Part shown: piece after piece, positions 55,001 through 64,000 of the stretch
Position numbering within the stretch: the first letter of the stretch is position 1
Layout: each line of letters begins with the position of its first letter
Assembly (NCBI GenBank): GCA_040954595.2
Contig: CM082594.2
Span: forward strand, 11,040,276-11,104,275
Direction: 5' to 3'
DNA length: 64,000 nt
From: Balanoglossus misakiensis
Lineage: Eukaryota; Animalia; Hemichordata
Translations under genes and position numbers: made by a program
Notes under the pieces: model-generated
What the model saw: only the letters and a program-made list of their open reading frames with translations
What the model was told of the DNA's origin: nothing
Databases searched by the model: none

Positions 55001-58000
55001 TGCAACATCAGCAGAGTTATCGACAATAGTGGAGACAGCAACACAGGCTATTTCAACAGAAATGCTTTCAACTGTACTCAAGAGTACAGTTGAATTGTCG
55101 ACCAAAGAAGAAGTGACTGAAATTGTTTCTGCCACTAGCAAGTTAGCAACTACTGCAGCAGTTACTAGATTTGTTGAGTCTACTGCAAGCACAGCTACCC
55201 CATCTCTTCTAACGGAAATTGCAACTGAAATTGCAACTCCCATTTCAACAGAGATTGTAACAGAAGAGCCAGAAGTCACAACAGAATTGATGACTACAGA
55301 GGCCGGACTTGTGGAGGTTACTGGTACACAAGTGGTTGTAACCAGACCACCCAAACCTACAAAGCCAACTAAGCCTAAACCCAAAGTCACAACTGAGGAA
55401 GTTGTATTTTCAACAGAAGCTACTGCTTCTGCCATTGTAACAGCAACAACGCCTGAAGTATTGACCAAGCTAGTTACTGCAACAACCCCAGAGATTGTGA
55501 CTGAATTTGTGACATCAGTTTCAACTCCAGAGGCTGTGACTGAAATCATAACAACGGCAGCTAAAACAACACCTGCAATCGTGACAACCATTGTGGGTTT
55601 GACATCAGCTTTAACAAAGACCAAGGCACCCGAAATAATGTCCACTTTGGCAAAAACTACCACTCCTGCAGCTGTTACTGAGTTCTTGACAACCATTGCA
55701 GAAACCAGCCCAGAAATTGTAACTAAAACTGTAGTTGCTACAAGCGAAGTCACGCCCACTCTGGCAACGGAAATAATCACTATGACAGCAACACCGTCTC
55801 CCGAGATTCTGACAGAAATAGTAAGCACTGTGGTCACTCCAGAAGCACTAACTACTCTGGTAGCAGAAACAACCAGAATAACACCAGAAGCTCTTACGAC
55901 TATAATAGCAGCAACAACAGAGGTAGCACCGGTCACACATATTACCACTTTTCCCATTCAACCAACCTCTCCAGTATTGACAGAAGTTCTTTCAACTATA
56001 GCAAAGACAAGTCCAGAAGTCTTCACTGAAGTTGTAACGGAGACTGCCAAAACAACTCCCGAACTCCTGAAAACAATCATAACTGAAACCGTAGCTGTTG
56101 CTACCACAAAACCTTTAACGGAATATGTGACAGCTGTGAGTGCATCGACTCCAGAAGTTGTGTCTGAGATCCTGACCACTGTTGCAGCAATCTCACCCAC
56201 AATATTTCCGAAGACTTTAGCAACAGTTGCAATAACAACTCCTGAATTGACCACAGAAATAGTCAAAATAACTTCCAAGGCAACTGCCACAGCGACACAA
56301 GAAATCATTTCCGTTTCATCAGAGGCTCCCGAGGTGTTGACTACATTTGTTACAGCTGCTACAGTAGCCACACCTGAGTTAATTACCGAATTTTTCGAAG
56401 TAACAACAGAAGGTATTACAGAAAGGATTACTGCAATTACCTCTGAACTAATTAAAAGTAGTCCAGAAATATTGACTTCTGTTGTCACTGAAGCTGTGAA
56501 GACAACACCATCTATATTGACAGAAATAGTGACTGCCACCACTAAGGCAAAGACAGAATTCACTACTGAATTCCTTGAAACAGTAGTAACAAGTGCACCA
56601 CCAGAAGTTACAACTGAAATCCTAATTGCAGCAACAACGGTAGTTCCCACAGTTTTAACAGAGCTTCTGAGAACAACAGCAGAAACTCTTCCTGAAGTTA
56701 TAACAGAAATAACCAAAGTAACAACGGCAGCTCCTTTTGTAACAACAGAGACACCGACCCCAGAGAAACTGACAGAACTTATTACTACTGCACCAATAAG
56801 TGTTCTTACTGAAATTGTGGAGACAACTAAAGAAGCAATAACGAGCGAAAGAGTGACAGAACTAATCCGTTCAACAGCAGAAACAGCAACACCAGAAGAA
56901 GTATCCAGACTAGTTAGTGCAACAGCTGAAATAGTAACTACTACGCCTGAAATACTCACTCCCATAGTGACATTTGTGACAACGGCTGCCACCCCTGAAG
57001 TTGTGACTGAAATTCTTGAAAAGACCACATTGGCCACAGTACCATCTACACTTGTTACAGAAGTCCTCAAAACGATTATAAGCACTGCTGCCCCAGCTAC
57101 AACCAGAGAGATTATTGAAACCATAACAAGAGGCACAACACCAGAGGTTACTAGCAGAATTGTGGAAATCACTTCAAGAGCTGTTACACCTGAAGTACTA
57201 ACTAGTGTTATTTCTGAAGTTGCAACTACACCGGAAATCACCTCGAAAATTGTAGAGACAGCTACAACTGGCATTTCCCCAGAAGTCACTTCAGAAATCA
57301 TTGCAGCTACTACTGAAGTTGTCACACCTGAAACTGTGTCAGAAATCATTTCTGTCATTGCAAGCACAGCACTGCCTGAAGTTACCACAAGGATTATTGA
57401 AATAACATCAGAGAAAGTTACGCCTGAAGTTGTATCAACAGTGGTACCTTCTACACTAGAAGTTATATCAACTGAGAAAATCACTGAATTGATATCCACA
57501 TTGGCACCGACAACATCAGAAATTGTTTCCACAGTAATAAAAACAATAACAGAAGCTGCAACACCAGAGCTAATCAGCACAGTGTCTGCTGTTGTGACTG
57601 CAACTATTCCACCAGAATTGATTACGACTGCAATTACTAGTGTGGCCACTACACCTGAGATCACCAGGGAAATTGTCAGGACTGTGACTGAAATCCTGCC
57701 CACAGCAACAGTTAGTGAATTTGTGACAAAAGCTACGAGAGAGGCAACAACAGAGTTACTGACCGAAATTATCACTGCAACTTCCAAGACTGCCACTCCA
57801 GAAATAATTTCCTCTGCACTGATAAGCCAACCAGTTACATCAGCGGCAACTACCAAGTTCATCAAAACAACCGTTGAGGCTGCAACATCAGCAGAGTTAT
57901 CGACAATAGTGGAGACAGCAACACAGGCTATTTCAACAGAAATGCTTTCAACTGTACTCAAGAGTACAGTTGAATTGTCGACCAAAGAAGAAGTGACTGA

Positions 58001-61000
58001 AATTGTTTCTGCCACTAGCAAGTTAGCAACTACTGCAGCAGTTACTAGATTTGTTGAGTCTACTGCAAGCACAGCTACCCCATCTCTTCTAACGGAAATT
58101 GCAACTGAAATTGCAACTCCCATTTCAACAGAGATTGTAACAGAAGAGCCAGAAGTCACAACAGAATTGATGACTACAGAGGCCGGACTTGTGGAGGTTA
58201 CTGGTACACAAGTGGTTGTAACCAGACCACCCAAACCTACAAAGCCAACTAAGCCTAAACCCAAAGTCACAACTGAGGAAGTTGTCTTTTCAACAGAAGG
58301 CATAACTACTCCAATTGATATAACAACAGTGTCATTTGAAACTGTCCCATTGTATACAGCAGCTCCAACAATCTGTGTGCCAGGATGGTCTGATTGGTTT
58401 AACATAGATACACCTGCCGATGATGGTGATGATATCGAGTCCATCAATCAAGTACGGATGTTTTACAGTTTTTGCCGATCTCCTATTGAAGTTGAATGTT
58501 ATGATATTGTGTCTGACAAACCGTACTGGGAAAGCAATGAGAATGTCACATGTAGTCTTTCCGAGGGATTTACCTGCAGAGCATCCGACCAAGATGATAA
58601 TGAATGCGAAGACTATGCAATCAGATTTGACTGTGGAACATGTGAAGGTTAGTGTAATTGTGTGTCAAAGTGTGGGGGATTGGAGGGTGTTGAAGCTATA
58701 TTACAGATCTATACATATGCCTGGTGTATGTGGTTTATATACTGCTTAAACGTGTGTACGATTATTCATTCGATTATGATTTGTATGAAATTTACTGTAG
58801 TTTAATTGACATGAGCAGGGTCAAAATGTCCTTACTTGAATTCCTATTTCTCTACTAGTGACTACAAAGCCCACGGAAGTAACTCTACTTACTGTATCAC
58901 CTACAACAGGTATGTTATCAGCAGAATAATCAAAATGATTTCATTAAGTTAGTAGGTTGTTTTGAACTGTATTTATATCTTAATTACTACAACATTGGTT
59001 TCACAGTACATTATTTTGAAGGTTTGGCCATCTTTCAGCGCATATGTGTTTTGTCTTTTGATTGTGTTCGACTTTCTACCATTATAATGAGCTTGATACA
59101 GCATATATCTGATGTTTGCAACACCTTGGCTAGAATCTTAATTTTGAAATTTCTTGTCGTCTATAGTTGAATGTTCCCCCGGATTTGTACCTAATGGAAT
59201 CAGCTGCCACAAATTGTGTGATTCATCCAGAGCTATTACAACGGAATGTGAGAATGGAAACGCCACCATCAATGCCTGTCTCCCAACTGCACAATCGGCG
59301 GACACATTCTGTGACCAAAAAAATCATTTAATAATGAAGATCGGGAACGAAGTACAATGTGTTCCCGAGGGTCAGTGTTCCTGCTTCAGAGGTGATACCA
59401 ACGAGATCGTCCCGGTAAGCTGATTCATCACAAGCTGACTTTTAGATGGTTTTTGTACATGTATGCTGTTTAACACGGGGGGTGGGGGTCTTAATAACTT
59501 AGCGGTTTGTGTCTCTATATGTCTGTCACTCCTTGCGGTATCGTGCCAATTACATTTTCAAATTTGTCCTTATTTTGTAGCCTGGTGCGAGATGGGAAAA
59601 GGGGGAATGCGAAGATTGTATATGCTACAAAAATCAAATCAAGTGTACGCGAAAACCAAAGGTTGAGTGCAGGGTAACCACAGCAAGACCGACCATATCT
59701 ACAGGTATAGTATCTACATTGCTACACATGTTTTGTTCTCTCTATATAACCTTTCCCAGTGTACTCTCTAGGGAAATGTTGAGAAAGGTCTCTTTTGAAA
59801 TATCCAAACGTAAAAGCCATCCATAACGATTGTGGTGTAATATATGAATGTTTCAATCCATCAGTGTTTACGACCCAGCGTCCTACAATGCTGACGACCG
59901 CCGCTCTTGAACTACAAGTATGCGATGCGGTGATCAACACTACTCTATGTCCTGACGTCTGCCCACCTGGGCAGGCCTGTGATGGCACTGCCTGCGTGGA
60001 TGTCGTGAACTGCCCTTGCTTGTACGAAGGTCAAATTTACCGAAGTGGAATGTTCTTGAATCAGCGGTGTGAGCATTGCTCTTGCTTTGGTGGGATCGTT
60101 GTCGACTGTCAGAGGTTCTGCGAGATCGAGACGTGTGCGCTCGGCCAGAAGTTGGTGCATCCCGATGGCCAGTGCTGCAGGTGTGAACCGTGTGAGTGTT
60201 TAGTGGGCGAGTTCCACTGTCATTCATCTGCGAACAGCAGCACATGTGAAGAACAGTGCATATCGGAGACTTCAGTATGCGATGGAGAAGTGGATTGTCC
60301 AAATGGAGAGGATGAAAGTGACTGTCCAACTCCATCTCCACCAGCCCCAGGTACTGTTTTTTTTAGTTCTTCTCCAACAAGAATTTTTTTCTTTCACTGT
60401 CATTTTATTCATCATATGGAATGGTGTGGAAATCATACTTAACTGATTGTTTCCGCCAGGTTGTGTCGACCCAGATGGCAACTTTGTATCAGTTGGTGAA
60501 CATTTTAAGGATGGCTGTAAGACATGCGAATGCTTGGCCGAAAATACTGTCATGTGTGACTCCTCTGAATGTTTCAAGACGTGCAAGATCTTCAAGGATA
60601 ATGTTGTCATGTTTGGTGGCCGCAACTACACCTATCCAGTTTGTGACCACGTGCTGGTCAAGAATATCAACGAATCTGTTATCAGTTTTGAAGTGAGACG
60701 TAAGTGACGCCAGTTTATGAGTCAAACCAGACATGGTAATCTCTTTAGATTGACAGTATCACATACAGAAATACCAACATATGAAAGTGTGTGTATTTAT
60801 GTATGGATGGATGGACATGGATGTGTTATTTATTCTAATGTCATGCATGAAATATTATCCTTTTTATTGTTTCCCTTTCATAGTTCTGACCAACTGCCAG
60901 ACCAGCGCAGACGACGAAGACGAATACATGTGCACAAGACACATGTTATTCACCATTGGTGGCAAAAGTGTTATGATTGACGACTTGGGTCTCCATGTGA

Positions 61001-62830
61001 ACGGGCAAACAATCACACTCTCCCAGATGTCCGCTGTCAGCAAGACACTCTCCTCGGGCATCGGGGTGACAGTCGTCAAAGCCGGCCAAGACACTATCCT
61101 TCGATCCTCGCTGGGAGTGACCGTGGTATGGTCCAGTTTCTACGAGGCACGTGTCACGGTAGACTACACACTTTATGATGAGATCAGTGGTTTGTGCGGA
61201 ATACCGAACAGAAATGATGATGATGACTTCACCACGCCCGAAGGAGAAGTTGTCCACGAGGCACTTGAATTTGGTGATAGCTGGGGGTCGCGAGACTCGT
61301 GTCCAACGCCACCAGAGAAGTGTTTGATAAGACACCCCGACCTAGCCGAAGATGCAAGAAGGCAGTGCGAGATCTTGAGGTAGAACTTTAAAGTCTTGTC
61401 TGTTAACATTGTTGTGGGACCTGCAAGTTGCAAGATATTTAAGTAACCAGTATTATGTGTCTATACATGACCATATAATTGAGTCAGTTTCTCGAACTCC
61501 ACATTTAACGTTGGTAATAAATCAAAAGATGTCTAATTCAATATTCTTTCCTGATTCTCCAAAGATCTGCGCTGTTCCAGCCTTGCCACGAATTTGTCGA
61601 TGTGAACTTTTATGTCGACTTGTGCGAGCAGATGGTGTGTGAGTGTCTGATGAATGGACACCCTCAATCTGGATCCCCAGATCAGTGTGTGTGTGATATA
61701 CTCACAGTCTATTCAACAGCGTGCGCCAATAGCGATGGCCATAAGATACTTGATTGGAGATCACCACAACTCTGCCGTGAGTATTTAGACCCAGTTTTAA
61801 CCATTGTTTGCTGCATTTTGTTTATATCTGGCGGCAATCAGATAAGTTCCATTGTACCGTTTGGATAATTTCTCATTGTCATTCCTGTCACCGAGACATC
61901 TTCATGTTATGTGCTCGGACGCCATTTATCCGAAGTGCATTTCTTTACATAATTATATATAGACGATCGATAGAGAGAGAGAGAGACAGAAGACAGAGAG
62001 AGAGAGAGAGAGAGGAGGGGGAGAGAAACGGAGAGGGACAGAGACTGTGTGTAATTGGATTTCCCTGTGTTTTACAACATTCTCTTATTTTTCTTATTCT
62101 GACAGCGGTGGACGACGTCTGTGAGATGCCCATGGTGTGGTATGAATGCCTGAGTACATGTGAATGGACATGCACGGAAGAAGGAGCACCCTTCCAGTTA
62201 TGTCCCACCGGATGTGCTCCAGGATGTGGCTGCACTCCTGGTCTTGTGAGAAAAGGAGATACCTGCGTGAAACCAGATGACTGCAAAGATTGTACGTGCC
62301 GTTTTATTGTATTTGTAGAGTTTGTTGTACATGATGTCTACATGGCATTAAATGTAAACGAATGGCGAATGAGGTTGAAATGACAATTCAACCTTGAAAA
62401 TCACGATGGCAAGGGTAGCTCAACTAAGCCCACATTATGAAAATAATGTTAAGACGAATCGTTTTATTAGTATTTATTACCCCTTCCATTTAAAGGCTAC
62501 TGCAATGGATTTGGAGGAATCCACTACTTCTCCTATGACGGTACATACACACCATTCCAGGGCAACTGCTCATACTTGCTGTCCCGCAGCGTTCCGCCGA
62601 GCCCCGACTTCGAAATTTACCTTGAGAATGTCGAATGTGACGAGGAGATGTTAGCCGGTAGAAAGTGTGAGAGGCTTCTGAGAATCACCGTCGTTTATAA
62701 TGGACATACTGTGGTTCTTACGAATGGTCCAAAGGTGAGGGAGTCTTATGAGCAACCTGAGAGAATTTATTTGCTCTTTGTGGCAACATGCTTATATAAT
62801 AGAATATGATAAGGTTTTGTTCGTTAACAG

Positions 62831-62913
<83 letters not shown>

Positions 62914-62937
62914 TATCAATATCATCACCACCATCCC

Positions 62938-62978
<41 letters not shown>

Positions 62979-63009
62979 CCACCACCATCATCATCACCAC
63001 CACCACCAC

Positions 63010-63083
<74 letters not shown>

Positions 63084-63920
63084 CCACCACCATCATCATC
63101 AGCAGTACCACCACCACATCATACAAAATTGGCATTTTCTTCCCAGATATATGTGAATGGTGTAGAGAGACGCATAACAACAGAATTTGAGATCGACGGC
63201 ATTCAAATCATGAGGCCATGTAATAGCTGGGTTGTCTATCTGCATATACCGAAAATCAAAGTGGACGTTGCTTTCTACGATCAGTACGGTGGTTGGAGTG
63301 TGACCATCCCAGAGAGTATATACTTCAACAAGACAGAAGGGCTTTGTGGTAAGTTGATCCTTTGGCAAGATATTATGTCTGGTTGTTTCAGTATATTGCC
63401 CTTTACCTTCAATAACAAACAATATTTCTAATGAATGATGTGAACAGAGAAAGACAGTTTAGTACATCCCGAAAACCAAATCCTGTCGAAGTTTCTTTGA
63501 CAAATATGCAACTTAGATCGTTCCGGACAAAGACGACATGTTACATTCATTTATAAACCTCAGGGTCTTGCAACCAAGACACATCTGATGACCGCCGGAA
63601 ACCAGATGGCACCATAACCGACGACGAAGTGGAGTTTGCTGAGAGTTGGGAGCGAGTTGAGAATGGATCCTGCTTGATTACAAGCGTGCCCAGTCGTCGT
63701 GATGTGACGCCCTCACCGGGCGCTGAAGAGGAATGTCGCAAGTCTCTGTACGAGGGCATCTTTGAAGAGTGCAACATCCTGGTGGATCCGCACACTTTCT
63801 ACCGTGCCTGCCTGTTAGACAGGACGTGCAAGACCGATCACTGTGATGTGTTGGCGTCGTACGCCAACGAGTGTTCCAAGGTGGATTTATGTCTGGACTG
63901 GAGAGAGGAACATAACTGTA
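18981..63920 (+). CDS. Giant secreted VWD-family gel-forming mucin / hemocytin-like protein, >10,700 aa, 3' end beyond the window
   Basis: 38 exons joined by hand, all GT-AG with consistent phases (sum 32,131 nt): 18981-19099, 22008-22063, 23499-23580, 23750-23871, 24164-24468, 24634-24775, 24984-25106, 25356-25541, 25727-25795, 25955-26479, 27366-27481, 27667-27826, 28670-28907, 29128-29174, 29290-29473, 29776-29923, 30084-30206, 30329-30515, 30676-30846, 31011-31248, 31419-31609, 31822-31915, 32070-32502, 32757-33150, 33283-33547, 33744-34777, 35110-58647, 58859-58909, 59167-59414, 59581-59704, 59865-60350, 60460-60699, 60884-61379, 61565-61776, 62106-62291, 62496-62734, 63147-63348, 63564-63920. 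Start may be 18981 or 18996. Confidence 0.9.
21775..21983. repeat. (GAT/GGT)n microsatellite in mucin intron 1
   Basis: About 210-bp trinucleotide run; source of the spurious poly-His/Asp/Met ORFs. Confidence 0.95.
23499..25795 (+). CDS. Mucin exons 3-9: sushi/CCP-like, F5/8 type C (discoidin), EGF, sushi/CCP-like, linker
   Basis: [14 protein letters not shown]...C...C...YTC....TW.P....PC (sushi-like); CSEPL...IFASS...GRL...GGWSA...VDFG...VTGVITQGR...EWV..F...VFQGN...MRVEFLGC (discoidin); [11 protein letters not shown]...[15 protein letters not shown] (EGF); [14 protein letters not shown]...TWIP...C (sushi-like). Confidence 0.88.
25955..29174 (+). CDS. Mucin D1 assembly (VWD-C8-TIL-E), exons 10-14
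   Basis: [14 protein letters not shown]...[16 protein letters not shown]; C8 [23 protein letters not shown]...WR; [15 protein letters not shown]...CVDGCQCP. Confidence 0.92.
29290..31915 (+). CDS. Mucin D2 assembly and D'-like TIL/E modules, exons 15-22
   Basis: [14 protein letters not shown]...[16 protein letters not shown]; C8 [10 protein letters not shown]...YAMEC...WR; two TIL modules ([12 protein letters not shown]; CKNTCPQTC...CEAGCQC). Confidence 0.92.
32070..33547 (+). CDS. Mucin D3 assembly, exons 23-25
   Basis: [14 protein letters not shown]...[16 protein letters not shown]; C8-3 motif [28 protein letters not shown]...WR typical of VWF/gel-forming mucin D3. Confidence 0.93.
33599..33658. 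mobile_element. Partial diverged copy of the TTAA-flanked MITE at 7779-7920, in mucin intron 25
   Basis: ttaaaggtatacgctcatttatgcaa...cagttaccatgacaagttgagattt aligns to the reverse complement of 7858-7920 (ttaaaagtatacggtcacctatgcaa...cagttaccatggcaaattgagattt). Confidence 0.65.
33744..34777 (+). CDS. Mucin exon 26: conventional PTS segment plus first CysD (WxxW) domain
   Basis: About 240 Thr/Pro/Ala/Glu-rich residues, then [11 protein letters not shown]...GEFE...[11 protein letters not shown]...[12 protein letters not shown]. Confidence 0.92.
35110..58647 (+). CDS. Mucin exon 27: 23,538-nt exon with 8 x 960-aa repeat plus second CysD
   Basis: Uninterrupted ORF (35079-58652 in the track); acceptor CAG ending 35109, donor GTTAGT at 58648; ends with [10 protein letters not shown]...[10 protein letters not shown]...[10 protein letters not shown]. 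Confidence 0.93.
35221..58299 (+). repeat. Coding tandem array: 8 full 2,880-bp units plus 39 bp of a ninth
   Basis: Units start at 35221, 38101, 40981, 43861, 46741, 49621, 52501, 55381 (ninth stub at 58261); no indels seen, only scattered substitutions. Confidence 0.97.
58859..60350 (+). CDS. Mucin exons 28-31: linker, TIL/VWC-like Cys-rich modules and an LDL-receptor class A repeat
   Basis: [16 protein letters not shown]...; [11 protein letters not shown]; CPCLYEG...CEHCSC...CCRCEPC; LDLa CLVGEFHC...[23 protein letters not shown]. Confidence 0.85.
60460..62291 (+). CDS. Mucin fourth VWD-C8-TIL assembly, exons 32-35
   Basis: Degenerate start [30 protein letters not shown]8 [11 protein letters not shown]...[13 protein letters not shown]...[17 protein letters not shown]...CAPGCGC. 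Confidence 0.88.
61972..62045. repeat. Imperfect (GA)n purine-rich microsatellite in mucin intron 34
   Basis: Read directly. Confidence 0.9.
62496..63920 (+). CDS. Mucin fifth VWD-C8 assembly, exons 36-38 (gene continues past window)
   Basis: [16 protein letters not shown]...FQGNCSYLL...[15 protein letters not shown]; C8 FYRACLLD...[11 protein letters not shown]...WR; donor GTAAGT at 63921. Confidence 0.9.
62831..63121. repeat. (CAT/CAC)n microsatellite in mucin intron 36
   Basis: About 290-bp trinucleotide run; source of the spurious poly-His/Ser/Met ORFs. Confidence 0.95.
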
Positions 63921-64000
63921 GTAAGTCTCCAATTCATTATCTCACAGAAAGTGCAACAGTTATTGTGAAGAATCGGCAAGAAATTGAACAGTTCCCGCCA

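Noticed and set aside
35221-58299. Array as CRISPR, satellite DNA or tandem transposon
   Set aside because: No repeat-spacer structure, TIRs or LTRs; it is one open frame continuous with a CysD domain and bounded by splice sites.
35564-58447. Seven 959-aa and one 829-aa antisense Val/Ser-rich ORFs
   Set aside because: Compositional shadow of the sense repeat. In this register an antisense stop needs a sense Tyr, His or Gln codon preceded by T (or Tyr preceded by C). Those residues are rare, so only the ATT-CAA (Ile-Gln) junction stops the frame once per unit.
62748-63180. Poly-Ser/His/Met ORFs suggesting a metal-binding protein
   Set aside because: Intronic (CAT)n microsatellite between two halves of VWD5, which join in phase without it.

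Overview
Eukaryotic genomic DNA with GT-AG spliceosomal introns. The gene content and style suggest an invertebrate animal, probably a marine deuterostome; that taxon call is inference only. Four secreted-protein genes could be assembled by hand with consistent intron phases: (1, 2) two tandem paralogous 5-exon genes, each encoding a signal peptide plus two fasciclin (FAS1) domains (434-2083 and 5107-7584, +); (3) a Cys-rich single-domain C-type lectin (9230-10448, -) with a 10-nt microexon; (4) a giant VWD-family mucin/hemocytin-like gene (18981 to beyond the window end, +; 38 exons, >10,700 aa visible). Its order is signal - two furin sites - sushi - F5/8C - EGF - sushi - D1D2D'D3 - PTS - CysD - giant repeat - CysD - TIL/VWC-like - LDLa - VWD4 - VWD5. 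Exon 27 is 23,538 nt and holds 8 near-identical 2,880-bp (960-aa) units. These units do not look like an ordinary mucin bottle-brush. They are built from about 60 15-16-residue 'T-P-E-hh-xx-hh' sub-repeats with an amphipathic-helix pattern, contain no Asp/Cys/Trp, and end in a Lys/Pro cationic linker. This is the most unusual signal in the window. Also present: a Harbinger-like MITE, a TTAA/Kolobok-like MITE plus a partial copy, and microsatellites. No RNA genes or CRISPR arrays were seen.
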